From the NCBI GenBank assembly GCA_965242865.1, contig CBDETK010000013.1:2880001-2944000 (forward strand): a stretch of DNA of 64,000 bases. Direction: 5' to 3'. Positions 10,089 through 19,217 of the stretch are shown here, piece by piece. The notes beneath the pieces are model-generated. The model saw only the letters and a program-made list of their open reading frames with translations, had not been told where the DNA came from and made no database searches. Each line of letters begins with the position of its first letter. Position 1 is the stretch's first letter. This DNA comes from Candidatus Latescibacterota bacterium (GTDB lineage: Bacteria; Latescibacterota; UBA2968; UBA8231). The position numbers and the translations under genes were made by a program.

Positions 10089-12068
10089 ATGAGCCAGCCC
10101 TGTATCCATGACGCGGCCTCTCTCAAGCCGCCCCAAGCCGTTCTCGACGCCGCGTTGGCCCGGCTCGGCTTTGAGCAGTTTCTGTCCGGTCAACGCGAAG
10201 CCATCGAAGCCCTGCTGGCCACGGGTCGCCTGCTTTTGGTCGCCCCCACCGGCGGCGGCAAGAGCTTGACCTACCAGTTGCCCGCGGCCCTCCTGCCGGG
10301 CACTACCTTAGTGGTCTCGCCGCTCATCGCCCTGATGCACGATCAAGTCCAAGCGTTAGAGAGGCGTGGCCTCGCCGCTACGTACCTATCCTCAACCCTC
10401 GATGGCGACGAGTTGCGCCGCCGCATGTACGGAGTGGCCCAAGGCCAGTACAAGCTGGTCTATGCCGCGCCCGAGCGGCTGACCTTCTCCGGCTTTCGCG
10501 CCCTCCTGAGCCAGATCAAGTGCCCGCTTATTGCCGTGGACGAGGCCCATTGCATCAGCGAGTGGGGCCACGACTTCCGCCCCGAGTACTTGCAGATTGG
10601 CGAGCTGATACGCGAGTTGCCCGACTGTCGGGTGCTCGCCTGTACCGCCACGGCCACGCCAGTGGTGCGCGACGAAATCCTCGAGCGCCTCGGGCTACCC
10701 AGCGACACCCCCCAGCTAGTACACGGCTTTGCCCGGCCCAACCTCTCGCTGCGAGTCGCCGAAATCAACAGCGCGGCCGAGCGGCGGCGGCAAATCGACG
10801 CCCTGCTGGCCGAAGCCCTCGGCCCCTCCGGCCAGCAGCCGGGGACCGCCATCGTCTATGCCCCTACCCGCAAGAGCACCGAGGAAGAGGCCGCCCGCCT
10901 GCAAGGGACCGGCTGGCGGGTCGCCGCCTATCACGCGGGCATGACCGGGCCAGACCGCGACGCCGTTCAGTCCGCCTTTATTCAAGGCCAAATCCAAATC
11001 GTGGTGGCGACCAACGCCTTTGGCATGGGCATTGACCGCGCCGATGTGCGCGCCATCGCCCACTTGGCCCCGCCCAGCTCCATTGAAGCGTACTATCAGG
11101 AGGTGGGCCGCGCCGGGCGCGACGGGCAAGCCGCGTACTGCCTGCTGCTAATCTCCCCCGGCGACATGGCCCTGCGCCGCCACCTAATCGAAAGCGATGC
11201 CAACGGACGCGCCCCGGACCAAGCCGTGGTCCAGCACAAGTGGAATCTCTTTTTGGAACTAATGCGCTGGAGCGAGGGCGGGTCCTGTCGCCACGACGCG
11301 ATCTTGCGCTACTTCGGCGACGAGGCGGAAACGCTGTCGGGCTGCGGCCGCTGCGATGTCTGCGCCAGTCTCTCCCACGCCGAGGCGAGCGACGCCACAG
11401 AGGTTGCCACCACCGTGCGCAAGGCCCTTTGCGCGGTGGCCCGGCTGCACGGACGCTACGGCATCCTAATGGCGGCCAAGCTCCTGCGCGGCACCCAAGA
11501 CGCACGCCTTGCACGCGACGGGCTCGATCGGACGCCGACCTTTGGCATCCTCAAGGACCACTCTGAGCGGTGGCTTTTGCGGCTTTTGCGCCGGTTGGTC
11601 ACGGCCGGTTGGGTCGATTTTTATGGCGGCGAGCGGCCGGTCGTCGTCCTCACGGAAGAAGGACGCCAAGTCATCCACGCCGAGCGACCCGCCCGCCTGC
11701 TCTTGCCGCCCCAGTCGGCCTCGCTCCCGGCCGGCCGCGCCCACTCACGCGCCCCTGACCCCTCTTCGATTTCTACGGGTTCTGGCTCAGCCCGCACCAC
11801 CCGCGCCCGCCCGCGCACCCCCGATCTCAGCGGAGATTTCGACGAAAACGCCCAAGCCCTCTTTGAAGCACTGCGGCACTACCGCATGACGCTGGCCCGC
11901 GAAGAAAAGGTCCCTCCCTACGTCATCGCCAGCGACCGCACCCTCCGCGACATCGTCTTGCTGCGGCCCGCCAGCCTCGAAGAACTCAAGCTGGCGCACG
12001 GCATCGGCCCGGCCAAGGCCGAAAAATACGGCGATGGCCTGCTATCCATCGTCCGACGGGCCGCCTAA
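10089..12068 (+). CDS. recQ: ATP-dependent DNA helicase RecQ
   Basis: PTGGGKS, DEAHCISEWGHDFRP, YYQEVGRAGRDG, Zn-binding Cys cluster, RQC and HRDC domains. Confidence 0.95.
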   Translation: MSQPCIHDAASLKPPQAVLDAALARLGFEQFLSGQREAIEALLATGRLLLVAPTGGGKSLTYQLPAALLPGTTLVVSPLIALMHDQVQALERRGLAATYLSSTLDGDELRRRMYGVAQGQYKLVYAAPERLTFSGFRALLSQIKCPLIAVDEAHCISEWGHDFRPEYLQIGELIRELPDCRVLACTATATPVVRDEILERLGLPSDTPQLVHGFARPNLSLRVAEINSAAERRRQIDALLAEALGPSGQQPGTAIVYAPTRKSTEEEAARLQGTGWRVAAYHAGMTGPDRDAVQSAFIQGQIQIVVATNAFGMGIDRADVRAIAHLAPPSSIEAYYQEVGRAGRDGQAAYCLLLISPGDMALRRHLIESDANGRAPDQAVVQHKWNLFLELMRWSEGGSCRHDAILRYFGDEAETLSGCGRCDVCASLSHAEASDATEVATTVRKALCAVARLHGRYGILMAAKLLRGTQDARLARDGLDRTPTFGILKDHSERWLLRLLRRLVTAGWVDFYGGERPVVVLTEEGRQVIHAERPARLLLPPQSASLPAGRAHSRAPDPSSISTGSGSARTTRARPRTPDLSGDFDENAQALFEALRHYRMTLAREEKVPPYVIASDRTLRDIVLLRPASLEELKLAHGIGPAKAEKYGDGLLSIVRRAA

Positions 12069-12090
12069 CTCGCGCACGGGAGTACCGTTT

Positions 12091-13062
12091 ATGGCTACAA
12101 TTCGCTGGGGGATCATTGGCTGCGGCGACGTCACCGAAGTAAAGAGTGGCCCCGCGCTGTACAAGACTCGCGATTCCGAGCTGGTCGCGGTCATGCGCCG
12201 CAACGCGGACAGAGCCCGCGATTACGCCGAGCGCCACCGCGTACCTCGCTGGTACGACCACGCCGACGCGCTCATCGGCGACCCGGACGTCAATGCGGTC
12301 TATATCGCGACGCCTCCCGACACCCACGCTTCCTACACTGCCCAAGTCGCCCGGGCCGGCAAACCTGTGTACGTCGAAAAACCAATGGCGCGCAATCACG
12401 GCGAGTGTTTGGCGATGATCGACGCCTGCGCCCGGGCCGAGGTGCCGCTTTTTGTCGCGTACTACCGCCGCGCCTTGCCCGCGTTTCTCAAGGTCCAGTC
12501 GCTCGTCGAGGAAGGGGCCATCGGCGCGGTGCGCTTCGCCTCCATCGCGCTTTGCCAACCCGCATCCGAGGACCCGGACGACCTGCCTTGGCGCGTCGTC
12601 CCCGCGATCTCGGGCGGTGGCTACTTCTTCGACCTCGCCTCGCACCAGCTCGACTTCCTCGACTTTCTGCTCGGCCCCATCGCCCAAGCCTCGGGCCACG
12701 CGACCAACCAAGCGAGGCTCTATCAGGCCGAAGATGCGGTTGCCGCCAGCTTCGCCTTTGAGTCCGGCGCACTCGGCGCAGGCGTCTGGAACTTTGCCGC
12801 CGACCAGCCCCGCGACCGGATCGAAATCGTCGGCGACAAGGGCCGGATCGCCTTTTCCACGTTTGCCTTCACCCCGGTCGAATTGGAGACGGACGCCGGC
12901 ACTGAGACCTTTGCCTTTAATCCTCCTGAACACGTGCAGCAGCCACTCGTCCAAACCATCGTCAATGCCCTGTTGGGCCGGGGCACTTGCCCCAGCACCG
13001 GCGCAAGTGCCGCCCGCACCAACCGCGTCATGGAGCAGATCGTCCGCGGCAATGGCCGCTAG
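12091..13062 (+). CDS. Gfo/Idh/MocA family oxidoreductase
   Basis: WGIIGCG, YIATPP and VEKPMA motifs. Confidence 0.92.
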   Translation: MATIRWGIIGCGDVTEVKSGPALYKTRDSELVAVMRRNADRARDYAERHRVPRWYDHADALIGDPDVNAVYIATPPDTHASYTAQVARAGKPVYVEKPMARNHGECLAMIDACARAEVPLFVAYYRRALPAFLKVQSLVEEGAIGAVRFASIALCQPASEDPDDLPWRVVPAISGGGYFFDLASHQLDFLDFLLGPIAQASGHATNQARLYQAEDAVAASFAFESGALGAGVWNFAADQPRDRIEIVGDKGRIAFSTFAFTPVELETDAGTETFAFNPPEHVQQPLVQTIVNALLGRGTCPSTGASAARTNRVMEQIVRGNGR

Positions 13063-13115
13063 CCAGCGAGTAGCTGCAACGCGGTTTCTCGGTTCAATAG
13101 CGCGGCATCCTTCAC
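13059..13115 (-). pseudogene. Putative remnant of an AbiEii-like toxin (start and end fused, interior deleted)
   Basis: GTG overlaps the antitoxin TGA (GTGA) and reads VKD-AALLNRETALQLLAG*; 19 codons including the stop. Confidence 0.45.
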
Positions 13116-13630
13116 AGCGTCTCGTAGCCCAACATCGCGTCTCGGGCCAGTGCGCGAATGCGCTGGGCGGCCCGCAGCAGCTTGGGACGGGCGGCGATGG
13201 CCGCTAGGCGGTCCAGCTCCTTTAGGTCCAAGGCCCCCAAGTCGAGGCGCAGTTCCTTGAGATAAGCCGGTGCATCGCCGTGCGGCTGTAAATAGATCAA
13301 GTCGAGCAGGGCCTTTTCTGGCGCGGCGACAAAAGCCGACTGGCCCCGAGCCAAATCGACCTGTTGGTATCCGTAGAGCAGATTGGGCTTGAGATGGCGA
13401 TAGGAAAAGCGTCCTAGCGGCGTCTGGCAGAGTTGGGGCCGCTCGGGGGTCGCGCTGGTCACTTCCGGCACGTACTCGGGAATCACACCGGCGTGTGCCA
13501 ACGCCGACAAACCGCTGACATAAGAGCCGCGCACTAGGCGATTGGCAACGAGGAAGGGATAAGGATCGACGCCCGCCGTCGGGCAAGGACAATGGCCCCT
13601 GAGACCTCCCGTACAATGGCATTTTGACAA
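13112..13630 (-). CDS. AbiEi-like type IV TA antitoxin, probably N-terminally degenerate
   Basis: PFLVANRL..SYVS..SAL...G.IPE.V..VTS, TPLGRFSYRHL and APEKALLD motifs; the expected N-terminal wHTH is not recognisable. Confidence 0.75.
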   Translation of the reverse strand: MSKCHCTGGLRGHCPCPTAGVDPYPFLVANRLVRGSYVSGLSALAHAGVIPEYVPEVTSATPERPQLCQTPLGRFSYRHLKPNLLYGYQQVDLARGQSAFVAAPEKALLDLIYLQPHGDAPAYLKELRLDLGALDLKELDRLAAIAARPKLLRAAQRIRALARDAMLGYETL

Positions 13631-13715
13631 TCATGTTGGGCTGTGGCCGGAATTTTCGTATATACCGACCAAAAGGGAGGTTCGACATGCGAACTCGCAG
13701 AAAGTGGGCCGCCTA

Positions 13716-14714
13716 ATGCGGGCGTTGGTAACGGGCGGCACCGGCTTTGTCGGCCGGGCCTTGGTCCGCGCCCTCGTCGCGGGCGGCGCACAAATCCGGG
13801 TGCTGGCGCGGCCCACTAGTCAGACGAAGGGGCTGGAGCGTTTGGGCGTTGAGATCATTCGCGGCGACATTCTCGTCCGTGCGAGCATCGAAGCCGCGCT
13901 CGACGGGTGCGATACCCTGTTCCACGCTGCGGCACTCTACGACCTGTGGGGGTTGGACGAGGCCGAACTTTTGGCCACTGAAACCGAGGGAACCCGCAAC
14001 GCCATGGCCGCGGCGTTGGCGGTCGGCGTCGCCAAGGTCATCTATACCAGCACGGCCGTCTGTATTGGCGAGGCCAAAGGCCAAGTCGCCACCGAGGCAA
14101 CGGTCCATCGCGGCTACTTTCTCTCGCGGTATGAAAAAGCCAAACGCGCAGCCGAGCAGGTGGCGTTCGCGTATGCGGAAAGAGGGGTGCCGCTCGTCTG
14201 CGTCCAGCCCGCGGCCATCTACGGCCCGGGCGATCTCAAGCCCACCGGACGCTTTATCCTCAACTTGCTCAACGGTCGGGTTCCCGCGCTCTTTCCCGGC
14301 TGGGTGAGCTTGATATACATCGACGACGCGGCGCGGGGGCACGTGCTGGCGGCTGAAAAGGGCCGGGTGGGGGAACGCTATATACTCGCGGGCACGGTCG
14401 GCCAGTTGACCGAACTCGGCCAACGGATCTGTCGGTTAGCTGGCCGCTGGGTGCCGCCGACCATTCCCACGCCGCTGGCCGCTCCCTACGCACTCGGCGG
14501 CGAGGTCCTGGCGCACCTGACCCGCCGACCGCCGGTCCTGTCTTGGGAAACCTACCGCCTCATCGCCCACGGCTTCTGCGCCGACGGTCGCCGGGCCACC
14601 GCTGAGTTGGGTCTGGCCTATACAACTCAAGAAGAAGGGTTGACGCGGACGATCAATTGGTGCTGGGAGCAGGGCTTGCTCCGCCGCCGACCAGCCTGCA
14701 CCCGCGAGCCGTAA
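13716..14714 (+). CDS. NAD-dependent epimerase/dehydratase (HpnA/dihydroflavonol-4-reductase-like)
   Basis: LVTGGTGFVG, YxxxK (YEKAK), IYGPGDLKPTG. Confidence 0.9.
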   Translation: MRALVTGGTGFVGRALVRALVAGGAQIRVLARPTSQTKGLERLGVEIIRGDILVRASIEAALDGCDTLFHAAALYDLWGLDEAELLATETEGTRNAMAAALAVGVAKVIYTSTAVCIGEAKGQVATEATVHRGYFLSRYEKAKRAAEQVAFAYAERGVPLVCVQPAAIYGPGDLKPTGRFILNLLNGRVPALFPGWVSLIYIDDAARGHVLAAEKGRVGERYILAGTVGQLTELGQRICRLAGRWVPPTIPTPLAAPYALGGEVLAHLTRRPPVLSWETYRLIAHGFCADGRRATAELGLAYTTQEEGLTRTINWCWEQGLLRRRPACTREP

Positions 14715-14723
14715 TTCGCTTAC

Positions 14724-15569
14724 TTATGAAAGCCCCTCTCGTTCGACAATGCCTTTGATTTTTGGGAAGGGTGCTACTTCGATCAGTTCGAGGGTCTCGG
14801 GCGAGAGCCGTGCCTTTACGCCTTCGGGCAAAGGATTGGAAGCGGGAATGTGCTGGCTGCAATAGCGCAGGGTCAAGAAGCGGCGCTGGCGGTCTTTGGG
14901 CTGCCAAGAAAGGGCACCGTGGACGACCAACTCGGAAATGACGACCACGTCCCCGGCCTTGGGGTTGAAATTGACCACGCCCTCGGGCACTTCGGTCGAG
15001 TTGTAGCCGTCGTTGTACGTGCCGTCCTCATAGCTGCCCGGGTAGAACATTTCCAGCGGGCGGGAGAAGTTGGCCTTGTGCGAGCCGGGCAGGATGATGA
15101 GCCCGCCGTCGCCCGGCTGCACATCCGTCAGGTAAAAGAAAAAGACCAAGTCATTGCAGGAAATGCGGCCGTTGTGGACTTGGTAGCGACGCCAGCCCGG
15201 CACGGCCGACCGCAGCGCACTCTCGTGGCCCGAGTGCAGGGGATGGAAGGGTTTGCCGTGGAAATCGACCATCATGTTGCCGCCGCTGAGCCGCGGTCGG
15301 TCATCAAGCAATTCCTTGATGATCGGCCAAGTCACCGGGTGCATGGTCAGGGCTTCAAGGGCTTTGTCAAAGGCAAAGGCGTGCAAATACCAGTTGAAAT
15401 GCTCGCGCTCGAGATTGATCGCAAAGCCGTCGGGCACTCGGTCGGGTGGGGTGTCGATATAGCGCTGCGCCGCTTCTTGGGCCTTTTGCAACGCTGCGCC
15501 TTGGAGCACGCCTTCGAGGTGCAGGTAGCCGGTCAAATCGAAGAAGTAACGCTGTTCGGGGGTCATCAT
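14724..15569 (-). CDS. Phytanoyl-CoA dioxygenase (PhyH)-family Fe(II)/2OG enzyme
   Basis: FDLTGYL, YLTDV.PGDGG...LPGSHK, AGDVV.....HG and distal RR motifs. Confidence 0.88.
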   Translation of the reverse strand: MMTPEQRYFFDLTGYLHLEGVLQGAALQKAQEAAQRYIDTPPDRVPDGFAINLEREHFNWYLHAFAFDKALEALTMHPVTWPIIKELLDDRPRLSGGNMMVDFHGKPFHPLHSGHESALRSAVPGWRRYQVHNGRISCNDLVFFFYLTDVQPGDGGLIILPGSHKANFSRPLEMFYPGSYEDGTYNDGYNSTEVPEGVVNFNPKAGDVVVISELVVHGALSWQPKDRQRRFLTLRYCSQHIPASNPLPEGVKARLSPETLELIEVAPFPKIKGIVEREGLS

Positions 15570-15642
15570 CGGCGATCCTTTGTTAAGAGTGATTGTGCCG
15601 GTGCAAGATAGGGAATTTCGCCCCTGCTTTTCAAGGCGGCCC

Positions 15643-17532
15643 CTACCACGGCCGGGCATAAGAGGGCTTGTTGACGAAACGCTCCATGCCCAAGTCGAGC
15701 CGAATGGCCGCGCCCGCTTGGAGGCCGACGGTGAAGCGGCGGCCCTGTACGGCGACCGTTTTGTCCGCTAGCTGGCCCTGCACGGTCTGCTGGTATTGGG
15801 CGGCGTGGGTGTGCCCAAGGCCGGCTTCTGCTGCCGCGATGGCCCGGCGCTGCTGGTAGGAGACGCGGGTGAAGTTGTGCTCGCCAAAGGCCCCGGCCTG
15901 CAGCAAGACCTCGCGCTCCTGCGTCGGGTGCAGGTTGACCAAGTGCAGGACGGCCCGGTCGGCCGCGAGCGATTCCACCAAGGCGGCCACATCCGGCGGC
16001 AAGCCCGGCCGGCCGCGTTGCGGGTCGAAGTAGCGCAGGCGGGCCATGAGCAGGCCGCCGTTGTACATGAAGAGCGGGGCCCCCATCGTCAATTGCACCA
16101 AGCCCTCAACGGTGACGGGGTTCCGCACTTGCAGATAGGCGTCGCTGTACGTAGCAGGGTCTTGCTGGTCGTCGCGCATAAAGGCCAAGCGCTGATAGAC
16201 TTGCGCGTGGTTGTGCCGCAGGATGTCCACCGGATATTCCGGGTAGTTGCCGGCGAGATAGGCGGTCCACGCGGCTTCGTGGCCGCCGCCGTGCTTGGAA
16301 AAGTGCGAGCGCACCTGCCGCCCGTTGTCGGGGCTGCGCTGCTGGTTGAGCCGCTCTAGGTCCGCTTGCTCCATGCTCATGCACCAGAGGTGGGTCGTGG
16401 GCTGGGCCTGCATGGGGCTGTAGCCATCCCAGCCTTTGTCGTGGTAGAAGTGCGGCGCATACAGCGTCTGGCCTCTCATTTCTCCTTGCTGCATCAGCAC
16501 GTCAATTTGGGAACGCGGGAAGTCCATGTAGCGCAAGTCGCCGGAGAGCAAGGTCGCGTTTTCAGCGGCCGCAATGCAGGCGTCGCTCAGGTGGTGCCAG
16601 CCGTGCGGCCAAGTCCAGCCATAGTAGCCGCCGTACCACTTGCCGTCGATGTATTCGCCGATCTGCCCGGAAAGGCCAATGTTGTCGGGCAGGATGCCGT
16701 TGTTTTGCCGGGTGCGCTCGATCCAAGCCTCGGTGTATTCCTCGACCCAAGCTCGGTACTTGTCATCGCCGCGGCACAGGTAGGCGTTGGTCACCATGCT
16801 GGTCGCGGCGAGGTTGCAGGCCACATCGCCGCGGCTCATCCGCTCGACGAGGGTTTGGCCCATCTTCTCTTCCATGCCCGGCTTTTGCAAATCCTCAACC
16901 GTGGCAATGCCGGGAACGTCGTGGAACGGCAAGGGCCAAGGCTTCCACTGGGCGTAGCGATAGGCCGTGTAGTGCTTTGCAAAGTTGCGGTGCGCCGGCC
17001 CCATACTGCCGTTGTGGGCGCAGCGGATGAGCTTTTTCTCGGCGTCGTAATTGGGGGCCGCTGGGTCTTCGTTGAGATAGAAACCCGCATAGCGTTGGGC
17101 GCGCTCGACGTTCTTTTGGTGCGTTGGATCGGCGAGGCACAGCAAGTAGAAAAACAAGTACCCTTCGCCTTGGTGCATCCAGTCGTATCCTTGCTCGTAT
17201 TCTTTGACGACCATAGAGTGGCCGTGGCCGGTGTCGTAGCGGGCAAACTGCCGGGTGATGCCCTCCCAAGCGCGGTGGGAATAGTCTAGAACGCGATCGC
17301 TGCCGCCGAGCAAGTAAAAGAGCGGCCAGTTGTGAAAGCTCTCGTACGCGTCGTCGAGGCCGTCAATGCCACTAAAGTCGTCTTTAGGCGGCCACATCAC
17401 CGAGCCGTCCGGGCGCACGTAGCGTTCCCAAAGCGGATGGACGGCGGCGTCCATCAGGTCGATTAAGCTGCGCTCGAGCACGGCCCATTGGGGCGGCTCG
17501 ACAAACGGTATGTTCCCTTCGATTCGGACCAC
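15643..17532 (-). CDS. Hypothetical cytoplasmic protein (629 aa), possibly an (alpha/alpha)-toroid enzyme
   Basis: Long ORF with host-like codon usage, GGAGG RBS, aromatic/acidic-rich motifs (DDAYES, DWMHQGEG, WYGGYYGWTWPHG). Confidence 0.7.
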   Translation of the reverse strand: MVRIEGNIPFVEPPQWAVLERSLIDLMDAAVHPLWERYVRPDGSVMWPPKDDFSGIDGLDDAYESFHNWPLFYLLGGSDRVLDYSHRAWEGITRQFARYDTGHGHSMVVKEYEQGYDWMHQGEGYLFFYLLCLADPTHQKNVERAQRYAGFYLNEDPAAPNYDAEKKLIRCAHNGSMGPAHRNFAKHYTAYRYAQWKPWPLPFHDVPGIATVEDLQKPGMEEKMGQTLVERMSRGDVACNLAATSMVTNAYLCRGDDKYRAWVEEYTEAWIERTRQNNGILPDNIGLSGQIGEYIDGKWYGGYYGWTWPHGWHHLSDACIAAAENATLLSGDLRYMDFPRSQIDVLMQQGEMRGQTLYAPHFYHDKGWDGYSPMQAQPTTHLWCMSMEQADLERLNQQRSPDNGRQVRSHFSKHGGGHEAAWTAYLAGNYPEYPVDILRHNHAQVYQRLAFMRDDQQDPATYSDAYLQVRNPVTVEGLVQLTMGAPLFMYNGGLLMARLRYFDPQRGRPGLPPDVAALVESLAADRAVLHLVNLHPTQEREVLLQAGAFGEHNFTRVSYQQRRAIAAAEAGLGHTHAAQYQQTVQGQLADKTVAVQGRRFTVGLQAGAAIRLDLGMERFVNKPSYARPW

Positions 17533-17543
17533 TTTCAGCCTCC

Positions 17544-19217
17544 TCAGGTAGTGCGGACGAGGGCCTCCACCCGGGCGCGGAAGACCTCAATTTGCGTTGC
17601 GTATTGGTGGCGCAATTGGATGATGAACTGCCCAAAGAGCCGCTCCTGCTTTTGGCGGCGCACCAACGCCCGGGCGCGGTGCTCGGCCGGCGCGAAGGGC
17701 CTTGGGGCGGCGTTGATCGTCGAATCGAGCAAGCGGAAAATGGCGTAGTACGGGCCGCTGACCGGGTCCGAACTTAACACCTCGTCCGCAGCGACCTCCA
17801 AGGCAATGGGACCGATGAGTGCGCCGATTTTTTGCCCTTGCGCGGCCTCAAAGAGCGGGACGAATTGTTGCTTCTCCCAAGGATGCAGGTGGAACTCGCC
17901 TTGGTTCGCACGGCCGCGCCGGCGCAGGGTGTGCTCGGCCGCGAGCGCGCCCAAGTCGCCGCCGCGCTCCACTTCCTCGCGCAACGCGAGGGCCTCCTCC
18001 TCGGTGCGGAGCAAAATCTCCTGCACGGCGATCGATTCGAGAGGGCGGAACAGGTCGGGGTGGCGGTCGTAGAACGCCCGGGCCTCTTCGCGGCTGGCAA
18101 AGACGCCATTGACCACGTCCCGACGCATGGCCACCAGCAGGTTGGACAGCCACCGCCTTTGGAACCAAGCCACCACTTCTTCGTCGCGGTCGACGCCCGC
18201 CCGATACGCGCCGGCCAAGAGCAGCGCGCGCGGCTCGACGATGTCTTTGACGAACCAGTCGAACCGCTCGGGCGCGTCTGCGGGGAAGCCGACGCCCAGC
18301 TCGCGGGCAAAATTGAGCAGCTCGCCGATGGTAAAGACGCCGCTGGCGTGTTCGTAGATCGGCTGTGTGCACTCGTCCGCAGAAAACGCCTTAGCCCCCT
18401 GCCCGATGCGCCCGCGGACGCGCTCCAAGGCGTGCTCGTGAACCGCAAAGTCGAGTTCCTGCCGCAAGCGGGCCGACAGCGCCAGCACGGCCGGCGGCAG
18501 CTTCTCCTTGAGCAATTCGGCCTCAATGATCGACTGCACGACCGAGAGTTTGACCGGGGCTTCGGCCGTCACCTCGTACACGCCGAATTGGTCGTTGAAG
18601 AGCACCGGCTCCGACAACTGACCCGGGGCCAGCGGAAAGACTTCTTCCCGCAAGATGGGCGGATGCAACTCGTCCTTGAGTAGATAGCGTCCCCCTTCTA
18701 GCTGGGTCTCGGCGAGCACGGTGCGGTCGGCATATAGGTCAAAGTCGGCGCCGCTCTCCAAGGCCGCCTTGATTGCTTGAGCCTCTTGTCTGGTGGCGAC
18801 GACGATGCGCCGCACCTGCACGGCGCGATCGCGACCCGTCTTTTGCTGGTGGGCCAGCATTTCCTCGTGCGTGTGGACGATCTCGTCGTGTACCTCTAAC
18901 TGCAAAAAGCGGCGCAACACGCGGTCGCTGTGCAGTTTGTCCAGCTTGCGGCGAAAGTCGGCGCGTTGGTCGAGGCCCCGCTTTTTGGCCTCTAAGACCA
19001 TGAGCTCCTTGTCGATCATGGTCTGCAAGTAGTCGAAATAGGCGTCAGCACCCGTCTTTTTGCTCCGCAGATCGGGGTGTAGCCTTTCTTCAAACTCCAG
19101 CAACTGGGGAACGTCGATTTCCACCTCGCCGACTCGGGTCACCACCAAGTTTTCGGTGGGTGGGGCGCAGGCCCAGAAGCCGAGGAGCCACAGCCAATGT
19201 ATCGCCGATCTAGTCAC
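17544..19217 (-). CDS. PpiC/SurA-type peptidyl-prolyl isomerase lipoprotein with two parvulin-like domains
   Basis: Lipobox-like FWAC; IDKELMVLEAKKRGLD chaperone helix; two parvulin-like segments; GTG start overlaps the upstream stop. Confidence 0.8.
   Translation of the reverse strand: MTRSAIHWLWLLGFWACAPPTENLVVTRVGEVEIDVPQLLEFEERLHPDLRSKKTGADAYFDYLQTMIDKELMVLEAKKRGLDQRADFRRKLDKLHSDRVLRRFLQLEVHDEIVHTHEEMLAHQQKTGRDRAVQVRRIVVATRQEAQAIKAALESGADFDLYADRTVLAETQLEGGRYLLKDELHPPILREEVFPLAPGQLSEPVLFNDQFGVYEVTAEAPVKLSVVQSIIEAELLKEKLPPAVLALSARLRQELDFAVHEHALERVRGRIGQGAKAFSADECTQPIYEHASGVFTIGELLNFARELGVGFPADAPERFDWFVKDIVEPRALLLAGAYRAGVDRDEEVVAWFQRRWLSNLLVAMRRDVVNGVFASREEARAFYDRHPDLFRPLESIAVQEILLRTEEEALALREEVERGGDLGALAAEHTLRRRGRANQGEFHLHPWEKQQFVPLFEAAQGQKIGALIGPIALEVAADEVLSSDPVSGPYYAIFRLLDSTINAAPRPFAPAEHRARALVRRQKQERLFGQFIIQLRHQYATQIEVFRARVEALVRTT

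Noticed and set aside
9284-10126. Long antisense and alternate-frame ORFs (e.g. 9284-10126, 11986-12954, 16366-17289, 46339-47265, 51831-52886)
   Set aside because: Shadow ORFs of well-supported genes, expected in GC-rich DNA; no motifs
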